Of a stretch of 64,000 nucleotides of DNA, positions 49,936-63,122 are shown piece by piece. Origin of the DNA: Hydrolagus colliei (taxonomy: Eukaryota); NCBI GenBank assembly GCA_035084275.1, contig CM068761.1, positions 434,001-498,000 on the forward strand. The letters run 5' to 3'. Positions within the stretch are counted from its first letter, which is position 1; every line of letters begins with the position of its first letter. Below the pieces are notes generated by a model. The model was not told the origin of the DNA. It saw nothing but the letters and a program-made list of their open reading frames with translations, and ran no database searches. Made by a program: the position numbers and the translations under genes.

Positions 49936-51402
49936 AAGTACTGAGGCCAGAGATTTTGTTTTCTGATGGATTGCTACATTGAGCGTTGGCCTCCTCCCCC
50001 ACCCCAAGCTACTATATGGTATAAAATGTAGTAAAATATCAGGCTTATAGAAAGCTCCACTGTACTAATGTTTTTTTACATCAGGTAGCACAGAATATCC
50101 CTTGTAAAAAAAAGTGCCATGGTATGACCACCATTATCATGGTACTTTTTTACAAGGGTAAAGCCAGTGCTTTCTTTTATAATGTACTAATCTCCTTGAA
50201 TGTTCACTTTCCTCCTCCAGCTTCCCTCCTCTGTTGAAGGAGCTGACAATTTTAGGGAGAGAATTCCACATCAGCAGTGTACAACACCCCACCACCCACC
50301 CCACCCTTACTACCACTTCCAAGTATCCACTCGTAAGCAATGACTTTGACTGTAATTGCTGTTAAAACTACCAATGTACCTCAGTAACTAATCATGGATT
50401 TCTCATTGAAAGATAATTTCATGAGTCTGTTTTGAAAGGGAATATTAGGCCCACATCCATGGTTTCCATAACAATAGCCAACATGGAAAAAAAGTCCCCT
50501 TTGTAACGTGCCTCAAGGCAAAAGTCCAGTGTAGTTTCCAAAGGGAACCACATGAACACATCTCTCCTTGTACACAAACATATTCAGGAATGATCCTTGA
50601 TCAGATTGGTATGGGCAGAGCCCGGCCATTGAGAGCAGTGTCTGGCATAGGCTGGATGGAGCTATTTGCTGATGTGCAGCCTGAGGGTGGAAAGGAGAAT
50701 TGGGGGGAGGGGGAGATACTCCTGGGAAAGGAGCATGTTTCAAACATAATTTGGAATGCCGCATTACTAAAGTATAAAACATTTTTCTGTTTAATTTGCG
50801 GGCTATTCCGGCTTTAAACAACAAAGTGCATCTATTTCAATTTCCTAGTAGCCTCGGGTTCCCAGGGCAAGTGAAGAGAGAAGCAAAATGGCATCTTTTT
50901 CCATTAGAAATGCTAGCTGGAGGCAGCTTCTAATGATTTATGTGTAATGGCATATTTAAGAGCTTACCGAAAGGAGTCTCTTTGCCAGCAGCATGAACTG
51001 TATGAATTTACATCTCATGGCAACCAATTAATCCTGACCGTAATGGACCGAAGCTGAAATAGAGAAAGCAGGGCTGATTGCATGATCCTTCCAGACCTAT
51101 CATATCTCTTTGATGTGTAGGCCTGTGAGCATGTTGACACCAAAGCTCATGCCTTAAAGGAAACAATGATATTTCTGTAATGTCTCTGGCCCCAGTACTT
51201 TGGTTGCTCCAGATAAAACTGATGTATATTAGAGTGAGGACAAGGCAGCATTATGGGACTGTTATTTCTGGAAATGTCAGTGTGAAGCAGAGAAACACGG
51301 TTTCAAACAAAGAGGAACTGCCAAATGCACATCCTCCCCTCCTCTTTGGTTACACCATCACAATCATAATCACACACCTCGGTAACACCACACGATCACA
51401 CA

Positions 51403-51462
51403 CAAGAACAACAAATTAAATTTATATACCACCTTTCACGTCAGGAGGACGTCCCAAGGCAC
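51403..51462 (-). mobile_element. L2 tail (antisense) within a CA-rich tract
   Basis: TTTATATACCACCTTTCACGTCAGGAGGACGTCCCAAGGC. Confidence 0.75.
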
Positions 51463-52032
51463 AGGTTACACCACACCATCAAACACCTCAGTTATACCAT
51501 CATGATATTGAATACAGTATCACTTGTATAGGATAAGGTTTTCTTTTCTATAGGATAAAGTTTCACTTTAACCTATCAGATAGCTTGCTTAAAATAGATT
51601 TAAATATTCTTAAACGTCTTCACTTTAGAACAGGAAGCAAAATTCCTAAGACAAAAGCCACTGAACCTCCTTTGGCACAGGGATGCAGTTACTGTTTATC
51701 ACATTTTTGTTAGTTAGCAGTCCCTCATTTGTGTAATTTATTCAGTTGTGGGACCCCAAGTCCCCAGAGCCTGAGCATGGAGTCAGAGTTGTGAAAACAG
51801 CTCATTTTAATCATTCTCGTGGGCTTTCTTTAAATTTCTAACTCGCGACTTATTGGCACAGTAAATATTGCACAGCGAGACCTACGTTTGAAGATCAGTT
51901 GTGAAAGCAGCTGATGAAGGATCTTGTTGGCCTGATGATAATTTATTTATATTCTCCCAATATTTAGAGTGACAGTGAGGCTACGGACAAAATCTCAGGG
52001 AGAATGAGTTCATGGTTGTTGTGGAGTCATGT

Positions 52033-52285
52033 TTAGGAATACAAGAAAATTAGGAGCAGGAAGAGGCCATTCAGCCCATCTCCCCCAAGCCTACCTCCAG
52101 TCATATCCTTCAATATTTTTACTCCACAAGTAATTACCTGTCTTTCGCTTACATCCCTCATCTGATTCCTAATCCATGGCTTTCTGGGGCCGCACAATTC
52201 AGATTCTCATCGTTCTCAGTGACAAGAAATTCTTCTCTGACCTATTTTCTCTTGAGGTAAGATCATGTCCTTCAGTGAGGGGTTC
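52033..52285 (-). mobile_element. CR1 3' end (antisense)
   Basis: TAGGAGCAGGAAGAGGCCATTCAGCCCATC...AAGAAATTCTTCTCTGA. Confidence 0.75.
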
Positions 52286-53193
52286 TTCCAATATCCAGTC
52301 CCTGCAGTGAGGGACTTTTTCCTGGTGACTGATAGCTGACAGCTCATAGCGCATGTGGCGTAAATTTCAGTCACAGCCAACTTTAAATCCAGAACAGTTG
52401 TTTCATAAATGGATATTGTTTAACTATATCATGGACTATTGTACATATAAATATGTATCAATGGGTGCATGTCATTTTAATAAAAATAATTTTATAACAT
52501 GCAGTTTGTGGGGAATTGGTCAAAGCCCACGGATGCTTCCATCGTCCCATTGAGCAGGGTATGAATGGGCGAGAATTCGGTGTGTAGCGAACTGCGCTGA
52601 GGCATTGCTCCATTGCACAGTGGGCAATGTGAGGCACAGACTGCAGTCACACGCCACATTCCACCAGAAATCATTCCTGCTTGCTGGCAACACAGAAAGC
52701 AGGAAAAATCAATTCCGTAGACTTCCAAAAGCAGCGAGAGGAATACCAGTAAAGTGAGCATTAATTTTTTTTAAATGGTCTTTCCCTGAGAGCAAAAAAG
52801 CTTTGTGTTGTGTTTGTGTTGTGGCAGGTATCATTTGAAGTAATGAATAGCTGCAGCAAGAGAGTTTAAAAGCCGTTTCACAAATGTCTGAAACCAGATT
52901 ACATTGTAAACCACTCCAACCACAGTACGCAGCTGTGATTTATCACTGCGTCAGAGGTACTCTATTGTGTAACTGTTTTGTAACTCATTCACAGCTGTCT
53001 GTTTCTGTATATACCAAAAAACAGCCATTGTTTATTCCGGGCGAGAGGAATTTACTGAGATAAATCATGGTATTGTGATAATCTTAAAATATCCCATTTT
53101 TTTATTTCTGGTTCAGCAATCGTTCTCTGAAAACAAACAAGTTTATGGCAAAGCAGTTTTATTCTGGGAAGCGGACCCAAACATCATAAAACA

Positions 53194-53320
53194 GAGGCCT
53201 GAAATTCCACCCAATCTGAGCCTAGCCTACCATACCAATTTGGATTGAAAGTCAATGTAGTACAGAACAGAGTCAATTCTGATCTTCAGCCAGGATTTGG
53301 AAGCTGATTTCTTTGGCGGG
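53194..53320 (+). mobile_element. GAGGCCTGAAATTCCACC family copy
   Basis: GAGGCCTGAAATTCCACCCAATCTGAGCCT, internal TTGAAAGTCAATG. Confidence 0.6.
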
Positions 53321-53439
53321 AAAAGAGACTTCGAAATCAAGAACAAATTTTTAATCAATCAAATTAGGGCAGATGAGAGGAAGCATCTAAAGAGCTTTTG
53401 TTTAAAAAAAATTAATCAACCTTTTAAAAATTCCCTCAG

Positions 53440-53640
53440 ATCAACAACAATTTGCATTTTCATAGCATCCCTCAGACACTGGAACATCTCAGAGCACATG
53501 ACAGTGTTGGAGCACGAAGCTGAGTTGGGGGGAAGGGGGAGGTGACCGTAGGGACGGTCAAAGAGGAAGGTGTTCCATGAAAGAGATGGAAACTTTCCCT
53601 CGCACTGAAGTTTGAGATCAAGATCCAAACAGTCGGAGAC
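53440..53640 (-). mobile_element. L2 3' end (antisense)
   Basis: CAACAACAATTTGCATTTT.ATAGC..CTCAGAGCAC...GGTGACCGTAGGGACGGTCAAAGAGGAAG. Confidence 0.65.
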
Positions 53641-54034
53641 TTTTGCCACGACACACACTCCATAATCCTGTGGTGAAACCCATGAAAGTAATTTAAAAAA
53701 AACCAAAACTCTCCTTTTGTGATTCGTATGCCTGAATTCTCTGTGCCACAGTACAGAGTACAGTCAAGGGTAGATGTGACTAAGAAGAACTGTCTCCTTG
53801 TGAAACACAAGCAGCGGTCACTGTGTCTTCAGCATACAGATAATCTTGGAGACTAGCATGCCCTTGGAGAGTCAGCACAAACTCCTGAGGACAGCCTGTG
53901 ATTGATAGCACTGGAGGGAATAAGAAAATGGAAATGCACATCAAGCAAAAATGCACAAGGAAAGTCAACATAAGTCTTTTACTAAAGGTGGGAGTCAGGG
54001 CTACTTTATACAGGTATATCAAAATGTCACGCTT

Positions 54035-54371
54035 ATAATAATAATCAATAATCCTTGCATTTGATGCAGCACTTTATCGCATCATTGAGGCATCTCAAAG
54101 CATTTCATTGTAAAGTGTATTGACTGTATGTGTTGGTGATTGCAGCAGACATCTTGCGTACCGCAATGTCCCAGATAGAACATAGAATCTTTCCTGTCCA
54201 CCTGAATAGGCTGATGGGATCTCAGTTTAACCTCTCATCCGACTGATTGCACTTCTGACCATGCAACATTCCTGCCCGAACTACATTGGTGAGTCAGCCT
54301 GGACTGTGAGCTCAAAGTCCTGACGTAGGCCTAGGATCCACTATCTTGTGACTCAGTGCTACCAATTGAGT
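54035..54371 (-). mobile_element. Deu-domain SINE (antisense), near full length
   Basis: (AAT)n-CCTTGCATTTGAT tail; GTCCACCTGA..CTCAGTTTAACCTCTCATCCGA; GTCAGCCTGGACTGTGAGCTCAAAGTCC; GTGCTACCAATTGAG head. Confidence 0.85.
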
Positions 54372-55454
54372 AAATGATAATGCTTTGTATCTTTTTACCT
54401 TTCTGAAAAAGTTCATTGCCTGCCAATGACTTGAAATTTCATCTGTAAAACCGAAGACCACAATTGAAGTTGATCATTTTGGAATCTCCTGACTACATCC
54501 ACCCGGACAGACAACACTTGCACACATCTGGTCGCAGATGGGAGTTCAGTACGTACTCCCAGGCTCAATCTGGTGGAATTGTCTGTGCTGTAACATCTTA
54601 AATATGAAAAGCAATCATTTACCCAAACTGCTATTTAATTGTTCAAAAATAAATGCAGGAAAGACGGTGGGCAGGATGAGAAAAGGAGGGAAGAAAGGAA
54701 GGTTGCCGTCAACATAATTTTGAACCTTGGAACCTGCAGAGGATTTGTCAGGTATTATAATCAGCTTGTGATTGCCAGCATGGAGAGAGAAACAACAAAT
54801 GCAGGCCAATTGCCTTTGATTCAGAACACTCCAAATTTTGAAGGAAATGAATCCAAACAAGAGTTTCCTTCTTGTTTTTACAAAGTGCCAGTTATTTGAA
54901 ATGCGCATCCTATGCAGAAGTCTGGCTTTCAGTGTGTTGTAAAGGGCAATAATCTCCTGACTTGTATTAATACCACAGAGAACCTGGGAAGAGAGAGAGA
55001 GAGACCACCTGCCCGGTATGAGAGACCATCTGTCTGCACTAAAAGCATCCTGTATCATTTCCAATAAGATATTAATGATGCCAATTTGAAACTGCATAAG
55101 GGAAGAATACCGATGTATAAAGACCACCTGTAGATATTCCCAAAGGTCTTCATTATCGGCAGGTTTCACTGCAATTACAAGCTCTATTTTTGGGGCTGTG
55201 CCACGAGGTGGCTGCAGCACCCAGCAGGCAAACCTTTTCAACTCGAGATGTACACGTCACAACACTGTGGTCATCCAATTGCAAACCCGATTGTTGTGAG
55301 GCATTAATGAAGTGAGCAGAGCTTTGGCATGATTTATGTAACACTCCTGGAGGGTGTAACTCGATAATTATCACCAGGTCATTCAGAAGCATCGCTGAAG
55401 CCTCTGAACCTGTCAGATTTATTCACGTAAGTGCCAAAAGTGAGTGTATGAAGC

Positions 55455-55600
55455 AATAATAATAATCCTCCTATCTGATCCAGTTCCTGGAATGTTAAAA
55501 CACCTCAAAGAGCTCCACAGGGAATTACCGTGTAGTGACTGTGACTTTGTAGACAAATGTGACAGCCAATTTCTGCACGGCAAGATCACACAAGCAGGCA
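55455..55600 (-). mobile_element. SINE 3' half (antisense), diverged
   Basis: (AAT)n-CCT..CTCAAAGAGCTCCACAG..GACAGCCAATTTCTGCAC.GCAAGATC.CACAAGCAG. Confidence 0.7.
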
Positions 55601-55942
55601 TGACCAATCTACTGTATGATGCGCACACTGAACAAAAGTGCTGGCAGATATACACAGAATGAAGTCTTTCGGAATTTTTTTGATTAGGAAGTATGTTTCA
55701 GTCAGGCAGTAAAAGGGCAATGGAATACATGGTTACAACCAAAAAGCACACTCTTTGCTGGGCAATGCTTCTGACTGCCATTACTATACTGTACAGTACT
55801 TGAAAACTTACACTGCTCTTCAGTCAGTTTGCAATTTCTAATTAATGGCAATATTATCCTATATTTGTGAGGTTGTGTAAAGGTGTAAAATATTTGAGGC
55901 AGGAAAGGATTTTCAATCTTTAAAATATTATTTTCTCAACTA

Positions 55943-56345
55943 AATTTACATTTACATAGTACCTTTCATATCAGGATACCTCAAAGTGCTTCACACAGCT
56001 GCCTGGGAACCCAAGCTGGGGATTGGTAATTGAGGAAGGGAGGAGAAAGCTTGGCTGTAAACATGGCCAAAGAGGCAGTTTGTGAAGGTGGGGAGGGTGG
56101 AAGTTGAAGGATTTCAGGATGGACTTCCAATGGGGCAGATTGTTGAAAGCTCCCCCATCAATGTAGGTGGGGACACAGAACTATTCGTTGAGCAGTGAGA
56201 GTGACCAGGGAAGTAGGGACGCATGAGGTCACAGAGATAGGGTGGAGATGAGGTTTGTGCACACGTAAGTGCGAAGTTGAAAATCTTGATTTTAATCTGC
56301 TGTGGACTGGGGAACAACTGGAGCCAAGTGAGGAATGGGGATGAG
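55943..56345 (-). mobile_element. L2 ORF2 C-terminal fragment with tail
   Basis: Minus strand FPSPQQIKIKIF...PPYLCDLMRPYFPGHS, like LPVxQRIxFKI..PxYLxDLLxPYxP. Confidence 0.8.
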
Positions 56346-56917
56346 AGGCTGGAGAGGAGAGAACATGGACTGGGAATGAATATGATGGATTTGCTGTGAT
56401 GCGCAGACTCAGATTACGATGTAAACCTTAAAGTTACCTTACAGTCAAGAACCTCAATATAAAGTGAATAACATCTGAACACGGCCTCACACTTGTAGTT
56501 TAGGCTTGTGTTCACTTTAAGAGGCATGGTTACGCCTCTTAAAGCGGTGACATTGAGGCATGACAAGAATTTATTCCATTTGATGTTTTCTCAACCCTGA
56601 GCCCAGCTGTGTCATTTGGTGCAAAGCTGTGAATTAAATCTAAAGAGAGTGCAATTTCTACAGAGCCTGCAGCTATTTGTGGTAGAATAGGAATTATTGA
56701 GCAAGCTAATCATAGGTTACGAGGAAGCAGTTACTGTCCATGAGGAGCTCCCGGAATAAGTATTTAAAACTCTAACACTGTTTACAACCTCCCTGACGAT
56801 GGCTGGAAATAGGCCAGGATTGTCGGTTGTTTGCCAGGAGCGTAAGAAGAATGCAGGTAATTAGTCATTGGATGGATTTATGTAGCAATGGATGGAAGCA
56901 GAGCAGCTTTTCAGTTG

Positions 56918-57085
56918 AATAATAATAATCTTTGCATTTGATATAACAACACCACTTATACAGCACCTTATCACATCGTTGAGACATCTAAAAGTGCTTC
57001 ACAGAATATACAGTGAATTGAATTTACCGTATATTTTGTGGGCAAAACATGGCATCCATCCTATTGTGCACAGCAGTGAAAAACA
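56918..57085 (-). mobile_element. SINE 3' half (antisense)
   Basis: (AAT)n-CTTTGCATTTGATATA...GTGCTTCACAGAATATACAGTGAATTGA. Confidence 0.85.
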
Positions 57086-57525
57086 TGTCCTTCCACAAAG
57101 GAGGGAGAGGGGATGCAGATAAATGGACGAGGTACAAGTGGCATCCACTGAGAAAGTTTTCAGGAGAGAAACGGAGATAAAAGGAGCAGAAAATAATATT
57201 GGACAATTATCAGAAGAACTTTTAAAAGTTCCCCCATTTTGTTGAAACACCTCAAAGTGCATCATGATAATTAAGAGAGTGTTTTGTAAGTAAAGAGAAT
57301 CTGTAAAGCTTTTCATTATAAAGATTGATCAAGGAATGAAAATCTCACCGTTTCAAACTAGGCATATGCAAGATCTCATTATCAGTTTAGCAAATAGCAG
57401 TTTAAGACTGGACTCAGCATTGATGGGGTTTGACTCAGCTGCGACAGTCATTGCTCCTCTCTGGTTCACACCAGGGAAGTCTGGAGATAGAGCACTAGAT
57501 GGAGCACTACACCTGAAGGCAGAGC

Positions 57526-57690
57526 TCACAAGATTATTTTGGATGAAGAAAATCCTTCGGCCCATCTGATCTCATCCCTCCATAATCCCATTTTATTGTC
57601 CTCCCATCACAGCATGAAGCTGCTTTGTAAAGCAGTCCAGTGTAATGGCTTCCCCCACGGTTCCTGGCAACTGTTCCAATTGGTTTGATG
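57526..57690 (-). mobile_element. CR1 3' end (antisense)
   Basis: CACAAGATT..TTGGATGAAGAAAATCCTTCGGCCCATCTGATCTC is roughly the reverse complement of 42640-42689. Confidence 0.75.
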
Positions 57691-59219
57691 CCAAGAGGGA
57701 ACCAGTGCTACTCTGCCTGACTCCACCACCACAACACCTTGGTCACCCGAGCACAGAGCGGAGCTGGACACTCAGTGCCCAAGCCAAGGAAATTCAAATC
57801 CAAATGTCTTCCGGTGAGAATGTCTTCCGGATTGAGTGAACGATTCTCTGTTTATTTTCAGACCATTCCAAATAAGACTGCTGCATATCAACATTTATAT
57901 TAACCCACACGATTGATATAACACCTATTATGGTGAGAAAATCTCAGAGTGCTTCTGTCCAGTGCAGTGACTGTGTATATGTAAGTGAAAGAGGCAATAT
58001 CCCATAAACAGCCGTGAAATTAACGATCTAATTATAGTCTTGAGTGAATACTGTGTGGCTCCAATTGGCAAGCTAACTCCAAGCTCCTCGAGTCTCCCTA
58101 ATGTTATTTTAAAGCAGGTCACTCCCCCAGCTCTTTAACCCTGAGTGTTGAATGGAGGTCAAAGGCACAAAAGCACTGAAAAAAATTATGTAATATTATG
58201 TGCAGCACCGATAAAGAATGCCATCCCACCCATCTTGCAAAAGAGCTTAACGTGGCTTCTAAATATGTTCCCAGTGTCAGAATATTCATTGCTGACTTAG
58301 ACGATAAAAGAGAGGCACAGCTAACATTAAACCATAAAGACATCCACGCAGAACAGCACACAACAGGAATGTAATGTATGGCAGCACTAATTTGAAAGGA
58401 ACACGCAAGCAAGACAGAAGAGTTCATTGCTTTTAGTAATTTTGCATTTGTCATGGATGTGTCAGGCAGTGAAGAGCAGATGTGATAGACCACTAAACTG
58501 GATTGCATTAACAGTCTGACATTTCATTGTAATTGCTTCCCATCAAGGCCATGGATGCAATCAATAGCACTCGGCAGAGATTTAGAGCACTTCAGGTAAA
58601 TTATTTGTGACAGAGTGCTTATGTGAGAAACAAGTTATATTTGTACATTCTTTATGTGTCAGCTTTAGTTGGAGCTGTCACCTAAATTCATTAATTTCAC
58701 CATCTGCTCAGGACTCACGCAGATACTTCTCAGCTGTACACTCGGAGAGTGATAGCGGAGAGAATTTTGATTTGAGTCACTTTGTTAAATATTAAAGTTT
58801 TGAATAATATCCATCAATAACTTTTCCTATCTGCAAACTCAAAGTCTTTCTCTCTCTCTGGTGTGAGTCCACACAGAAACACCCCCCAAACTTTCATTAG
58901 CTTCTGTGTGACTCAACGCAAGTTTTGGCAACAATTGCGGGAGCAAAGAGAAGGGTTGGATTCACCAACAAACCCTATAAAGTTCCCTTTTGGAGACATT
59001 CGATCTCACAGCAGAAGTCTTGGGGGTTTAACAGTATTGTGAAATGCAACACTGTAGTGCTCTGTGTTGTAAATTAGCAAATAAATGTACAATAAACCCA
59101 GATCCTATTCCCATCTTAACTTGGCCAAGTTTTACACATACAGTACTTATTACAAATTATAATTTATAAAATTATACAGATTATACTTATAAACTGGTCA
59201 TTCGCTTCACATTGCTTCA

Positions 59220-59378
59220 TATTGTTTGTGAGACATTGTTATGTGAAATTGGCTGCCCTATCTGTCTATAAATAAACAGTCACTGCACTTGGCAACAGTT
59301 CCCTGTGAATGGCTTTGAGATCCCATGATGCGGTTCTAGATGCTGTATCAAGTGCAAGGATTATTTTAGTTATTATTT
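59220..59378 (+). mobile_element. SINE 3' half, diverged
   Basis: TGTTTGTGAGACATTG..AAATTGGCTGCC..CAGTCACTGCAC..GTGCAAGGATTATT. Confidence 0.75.
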
Positions 59379-61561
59379 AAAGTGTGTTGAGAGATCTCTA
59401 TTGGTATTGGCAATATGAATGAGCCTTTTCTCCATGGTGAAGAGTTTAAATGAATGATTTAAGAGCGTCTCACATTGATATGAATACAAATGAACAGAAG
59501 TCAATTTTTTAATGTAACAAAGTCATTCTGATGAAGCAAATAGCCTTGGATTTGGATTTAATCATCAGATTTCACTGTACACACACCAAATATTGGCATT
59601 ACATGCCGGTTTTGTTTCCTTTACATTTGCCGCCAGCCACGGTAATGATCTTTCTTCTCCATATTTCCCATAAAATATTCACAAGGTTTTCTTTTCAAAC
59701 ATTCGCCATCAGCCCAAATACAAAGCTAACAGGAAAGCAGAAAGTAATTCCACTTTATTCAATAACAAATTATGGAAATGATCAGTGATAAGCATACAAA
59801 TGACATTGTTCCTCTATTAGTTTAAAATAAATGTCCAATTACCATCCCCTGAATGTCAGAGAATTAAATGTTTTTTTACTCACAGTATTCAAACACAAGT
59901 CCCCACCAAAATGTCCTGAGGTACACACTAAAAATAGGCTCGGGAGAGACCTTATTTGAAATATTTAGGATCCTAATCGGGATGTGTAAACTGAACGCTA
60001 GTGTTGAACATAGAAATAAAAACCTAAAATAAGAGAACACACAGACTCCAATTCAGGAGGAAAGTTAGTGCTGGGAATAGACTCCAAAGGGAGGCAGTGA
60101 AGGCTGATTAAAATGAGCAAATTCAAAAGGGAATTGTAGAGCTAGATTGATGTATGATGTATGTGGAACTTTCTATTTATTTTACTTTTATTATTCAGAG
60201 CCCAGCCAAGATGTATTGCGAAGCTCTTTTTTAAACACTGGATGTTGTCAATCAGGTAATTTTGCCACAATTATTCCATTCCTAAATCCCAAATGGCAAA
60301 AGGTGGTATTTGGTTCATTGAGACATGCTGAAGAATGATATCCATGTAACCATGGAATCTTACTCACTGCCAAAAGAATTTAAGTGCTAAACGTATGTCT
60401 ATCCTTACAACCATCTACCATCTTAATAAGCCCTGAAACTGCTGTCTTCCTTTACACATAGTAAGTTAAATAGCACGTTATATCTTTATTACCTTAAAGT
60501 GGTCAGGGGAAAGCTGAGCAAATCTGTTTAAGGACTCCATAAATCTATCACAACTCCCGGCCAAGAATGTTTATGTTTCAGCTCTGAAGTGTTTATGAAA
60601 ATTAATCTGGTAATTATGTCATCCGCGTTGTGAACACTGTGTGACATCCCAGGAACGCTGGCTGAGCATCAAATTGCCTTGATCCAATTAGTAGTTAAAA
60701 GACAGTTATTTCACCCTTGTAAGTAGAATTAATGGAGAAGGGAAATTAATTAAAAGGTTGATATCCTGTATAATCATCCACCTGACATGAAAGGCACCTT
60801 CACTGTTCATTTTCTGGAGGCTAACTGGTGTTAGTGAGAGGAAACAGTCTATTTAATGCTTTCTCTCACTCTCTGGTTGAGAAACCTTTAGGAAAATGAA
60901 TACCAGGTTGAATAGAGAAACAGCTGCAGAGATTCATCAAAACTCAATTTTATTTGGTCATTGATCTAAACTTGCTTTTCATTGAGAAAAGTCACCACAT
61001 TGTTTTGAATCATTATATCAGCACTATTTAGATTTTATCTCATTACCCTATTTTGCGCTCAATGTTCTTCTCAATTGCCTATCCTTCAGACTCACTAAAC
61101 CTGTGCTCAAACCAGGCATCAGTATTGGTTCCCAACTGTCCCTCCCCACCAAAACATCTTCTGCTGGCATGGCAGAAAGGAACATTCGGGAATCAATTCT
61201 AAATGGCTGACAAACATGACGTAAATCTAAAGACTGTAAAACAGATTGAAATTGGCATGTATAGTTAATTAAACAAAGATCCAGCTAACATGTGCATTCA
61301 GTCTCCAGCTGATAAATGACTGCTCACTTTGCTTAGCTTTTATAACAGTGTTTACTTCAACATTTCACTTTCCTCCAAATCAACGCTTCTGACTACTTGC
61401 ACTCCCTTTTCCCCGAGAAGTCACTGCCCCTCCTCCCACGCCAGCACCACACTGCGGGATCAGGAACTCCACTTTCCTACACAGCAAACGACAGTCTGCA
61501 AATAAACACTGCTAGCAAAAACATGCCTAACAAGTGAGAAATGCCTGTGCGTATCCAGCCT

Positions 61562-61680
61562 GAGGCCTGAAATTCCACCTGATCTCAGCCTGTGGGACAA
61601 TTTGCGTTCAATCCAGTCTCAATTTTGAAGTCAGTAAATAAAATCTTCTGATGGACTAAACTGGAACGAATTTGCACAAG
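61562..61680 (+). mobile_element. GAGGCCTGAAATTCCACC family copy
   Basis: GAGGCCTGAAATTCCACCTGATCTCAGCCTGTGGGAC. Confidence 0.65.
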
Positions 61681-62633
61681 GATACAAAGTAGTGTGAAGC
61701 TGGAAATGCAACTCAATCTTCAACGGGATCAGCGGCAAATCACTGCTGAATCAAGGCATGGACTTCACACAGGGTTTCTGGTTAACCAGTTCCAACTGTG
61801 TAAGTTGAGATATAACAGTTACCCTGAATGTGCACACAGATGCACTTACAGATAAAGGAATATGTAATGAAGGGTCCAGGCAGAATTACCTTGGGCGACT
61901 CACTAATGAATGGCCTAAGTGCCCTTTCTCTGATAACAATCATTCAGTACAGGTCAGGAATCCCTTCTGCAGCTCGTAGCCTCTGCCAGCTACAGGCAAT
62001 TGATTGCTCAGTGGGAAAATGAGCTGCTCTGCTTCATTATCCTTCGGAGATTAGCATGGCATATGTCTATTTTGTATTACAAATGACAGTTTGCAGAAGG
62101 GAGAAGAAAGCGAAAGGTTGCTGTTCTGTTATTATTTCACCATTCTTGTGAGAGCTTTCACCCTCTTGTCACCACAGACTAATTCTCTGTGTTATCTTTC
62201 ACAAGCATTCTGCATGCATTAACTTCCACAGGCACAGAAGGTTTGTGATAACAGGGGCGTACAATGAATATGCATTTGTAATTTGAATATTTGTGTGTGA
62301 ATGTCGAGCGGCATTTTGCTACACTCAAAGTACTCAGTGCAACTCATCTTGGCATTTACAATGAAAAGGCCCAACACAACATACATTGTCTAAGGTCTTT
62401 GCCATGTCCCCAAGAGATATTTTTAAAGGAATTTTTGGTTGCAGAGATAAAGGAGGAAGATTTGGGGATTGAGCGTTCCAGAGCATTAGGGCACAGTGGT
62501 TGTAGGCTTGGTCACCTATCGTGTGATAATAGACTGACACTAGTTTTCAGCATAGACATGTCGGGATTTGCCTGGCCTCTGAAACCTTCTTGATCTTTCC
62601 GGCCACTTAGCTGTTCCAACAAGAACAGTGTCC

Positions 62634-62943
62634 GTGGAGCTCCAATAGCTCAGTGGTTAGAGCACTGGCCTTACAAGCGTGAGACCTATGTTTGAAACCA
62701 GGCAGATCAGGGCGAGTTTCCTTACTCCACACGCCTAATAATAATCTGTCAAAAAACCCCCCCACAATAATATTGGTTATTTCAATCCACAACTGTTTGT
62801 GGGATACTGTTGTATGCAATTGGTTGCCGCATTTCGCCCACAAACATACAACCAATTCACTTTACAACATATTCTGTGAAGCGATTTGAGACATCGATAA
62901 GATGTGAAAAGCGCTATATCAAATGCAAGTATTATTATTATTA
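62634..62943 (+). mobile_element. Full-length tRNA-derived SINE (same family as 29353)
   Basis: GTGGAG..TAGCTCAGTGGTTAGAGCAC head, GTTTCCTTACTCCAC, shared tail ending ATGCAAG(TAT)n. Confidence 0.9.
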
Positions 62944-62947
62944 GTCT

Positions 62948-63122
62948 ACATGAAACTTTCTGAAAGAAGAGAGGGACAAATCAATAAAGCCCTTCAGCCC
63001 ATTTGTCTCATGCTTATAGAGACCCAACCTTTAACTTTCCCATTGGAGCATGATTACAAAAGTCCTGGCCTCTACCACCCATCCCATGCCCTTTTCACCC
63101 CTGAACCTGTGCCCTCTTGGGC
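62948..63122 (-). mobile_element. CR1 3' fragment (antisense)
   Basis: CCCTTCAGCCCAT.. and CCCCTGAACCTGTGCCCTCTTG (TRGH reverse complement). Confidence 0.6.

Noticed and set aside
51911-51945. Other CTGATGA/CTGACGA words (also near 83, 5660, 24278, 29896, 56793)
   Set aside because: No stem II followed by GAAA, so not hammerheads; no supporting box C/D snoRNA layout.
54615-55241. 208-aa minus-strand ORF as a CDS
   Set aside because: No recognisable domain, non-ATG start, runs through a (GA)n tract; consistent with a chance ORF.
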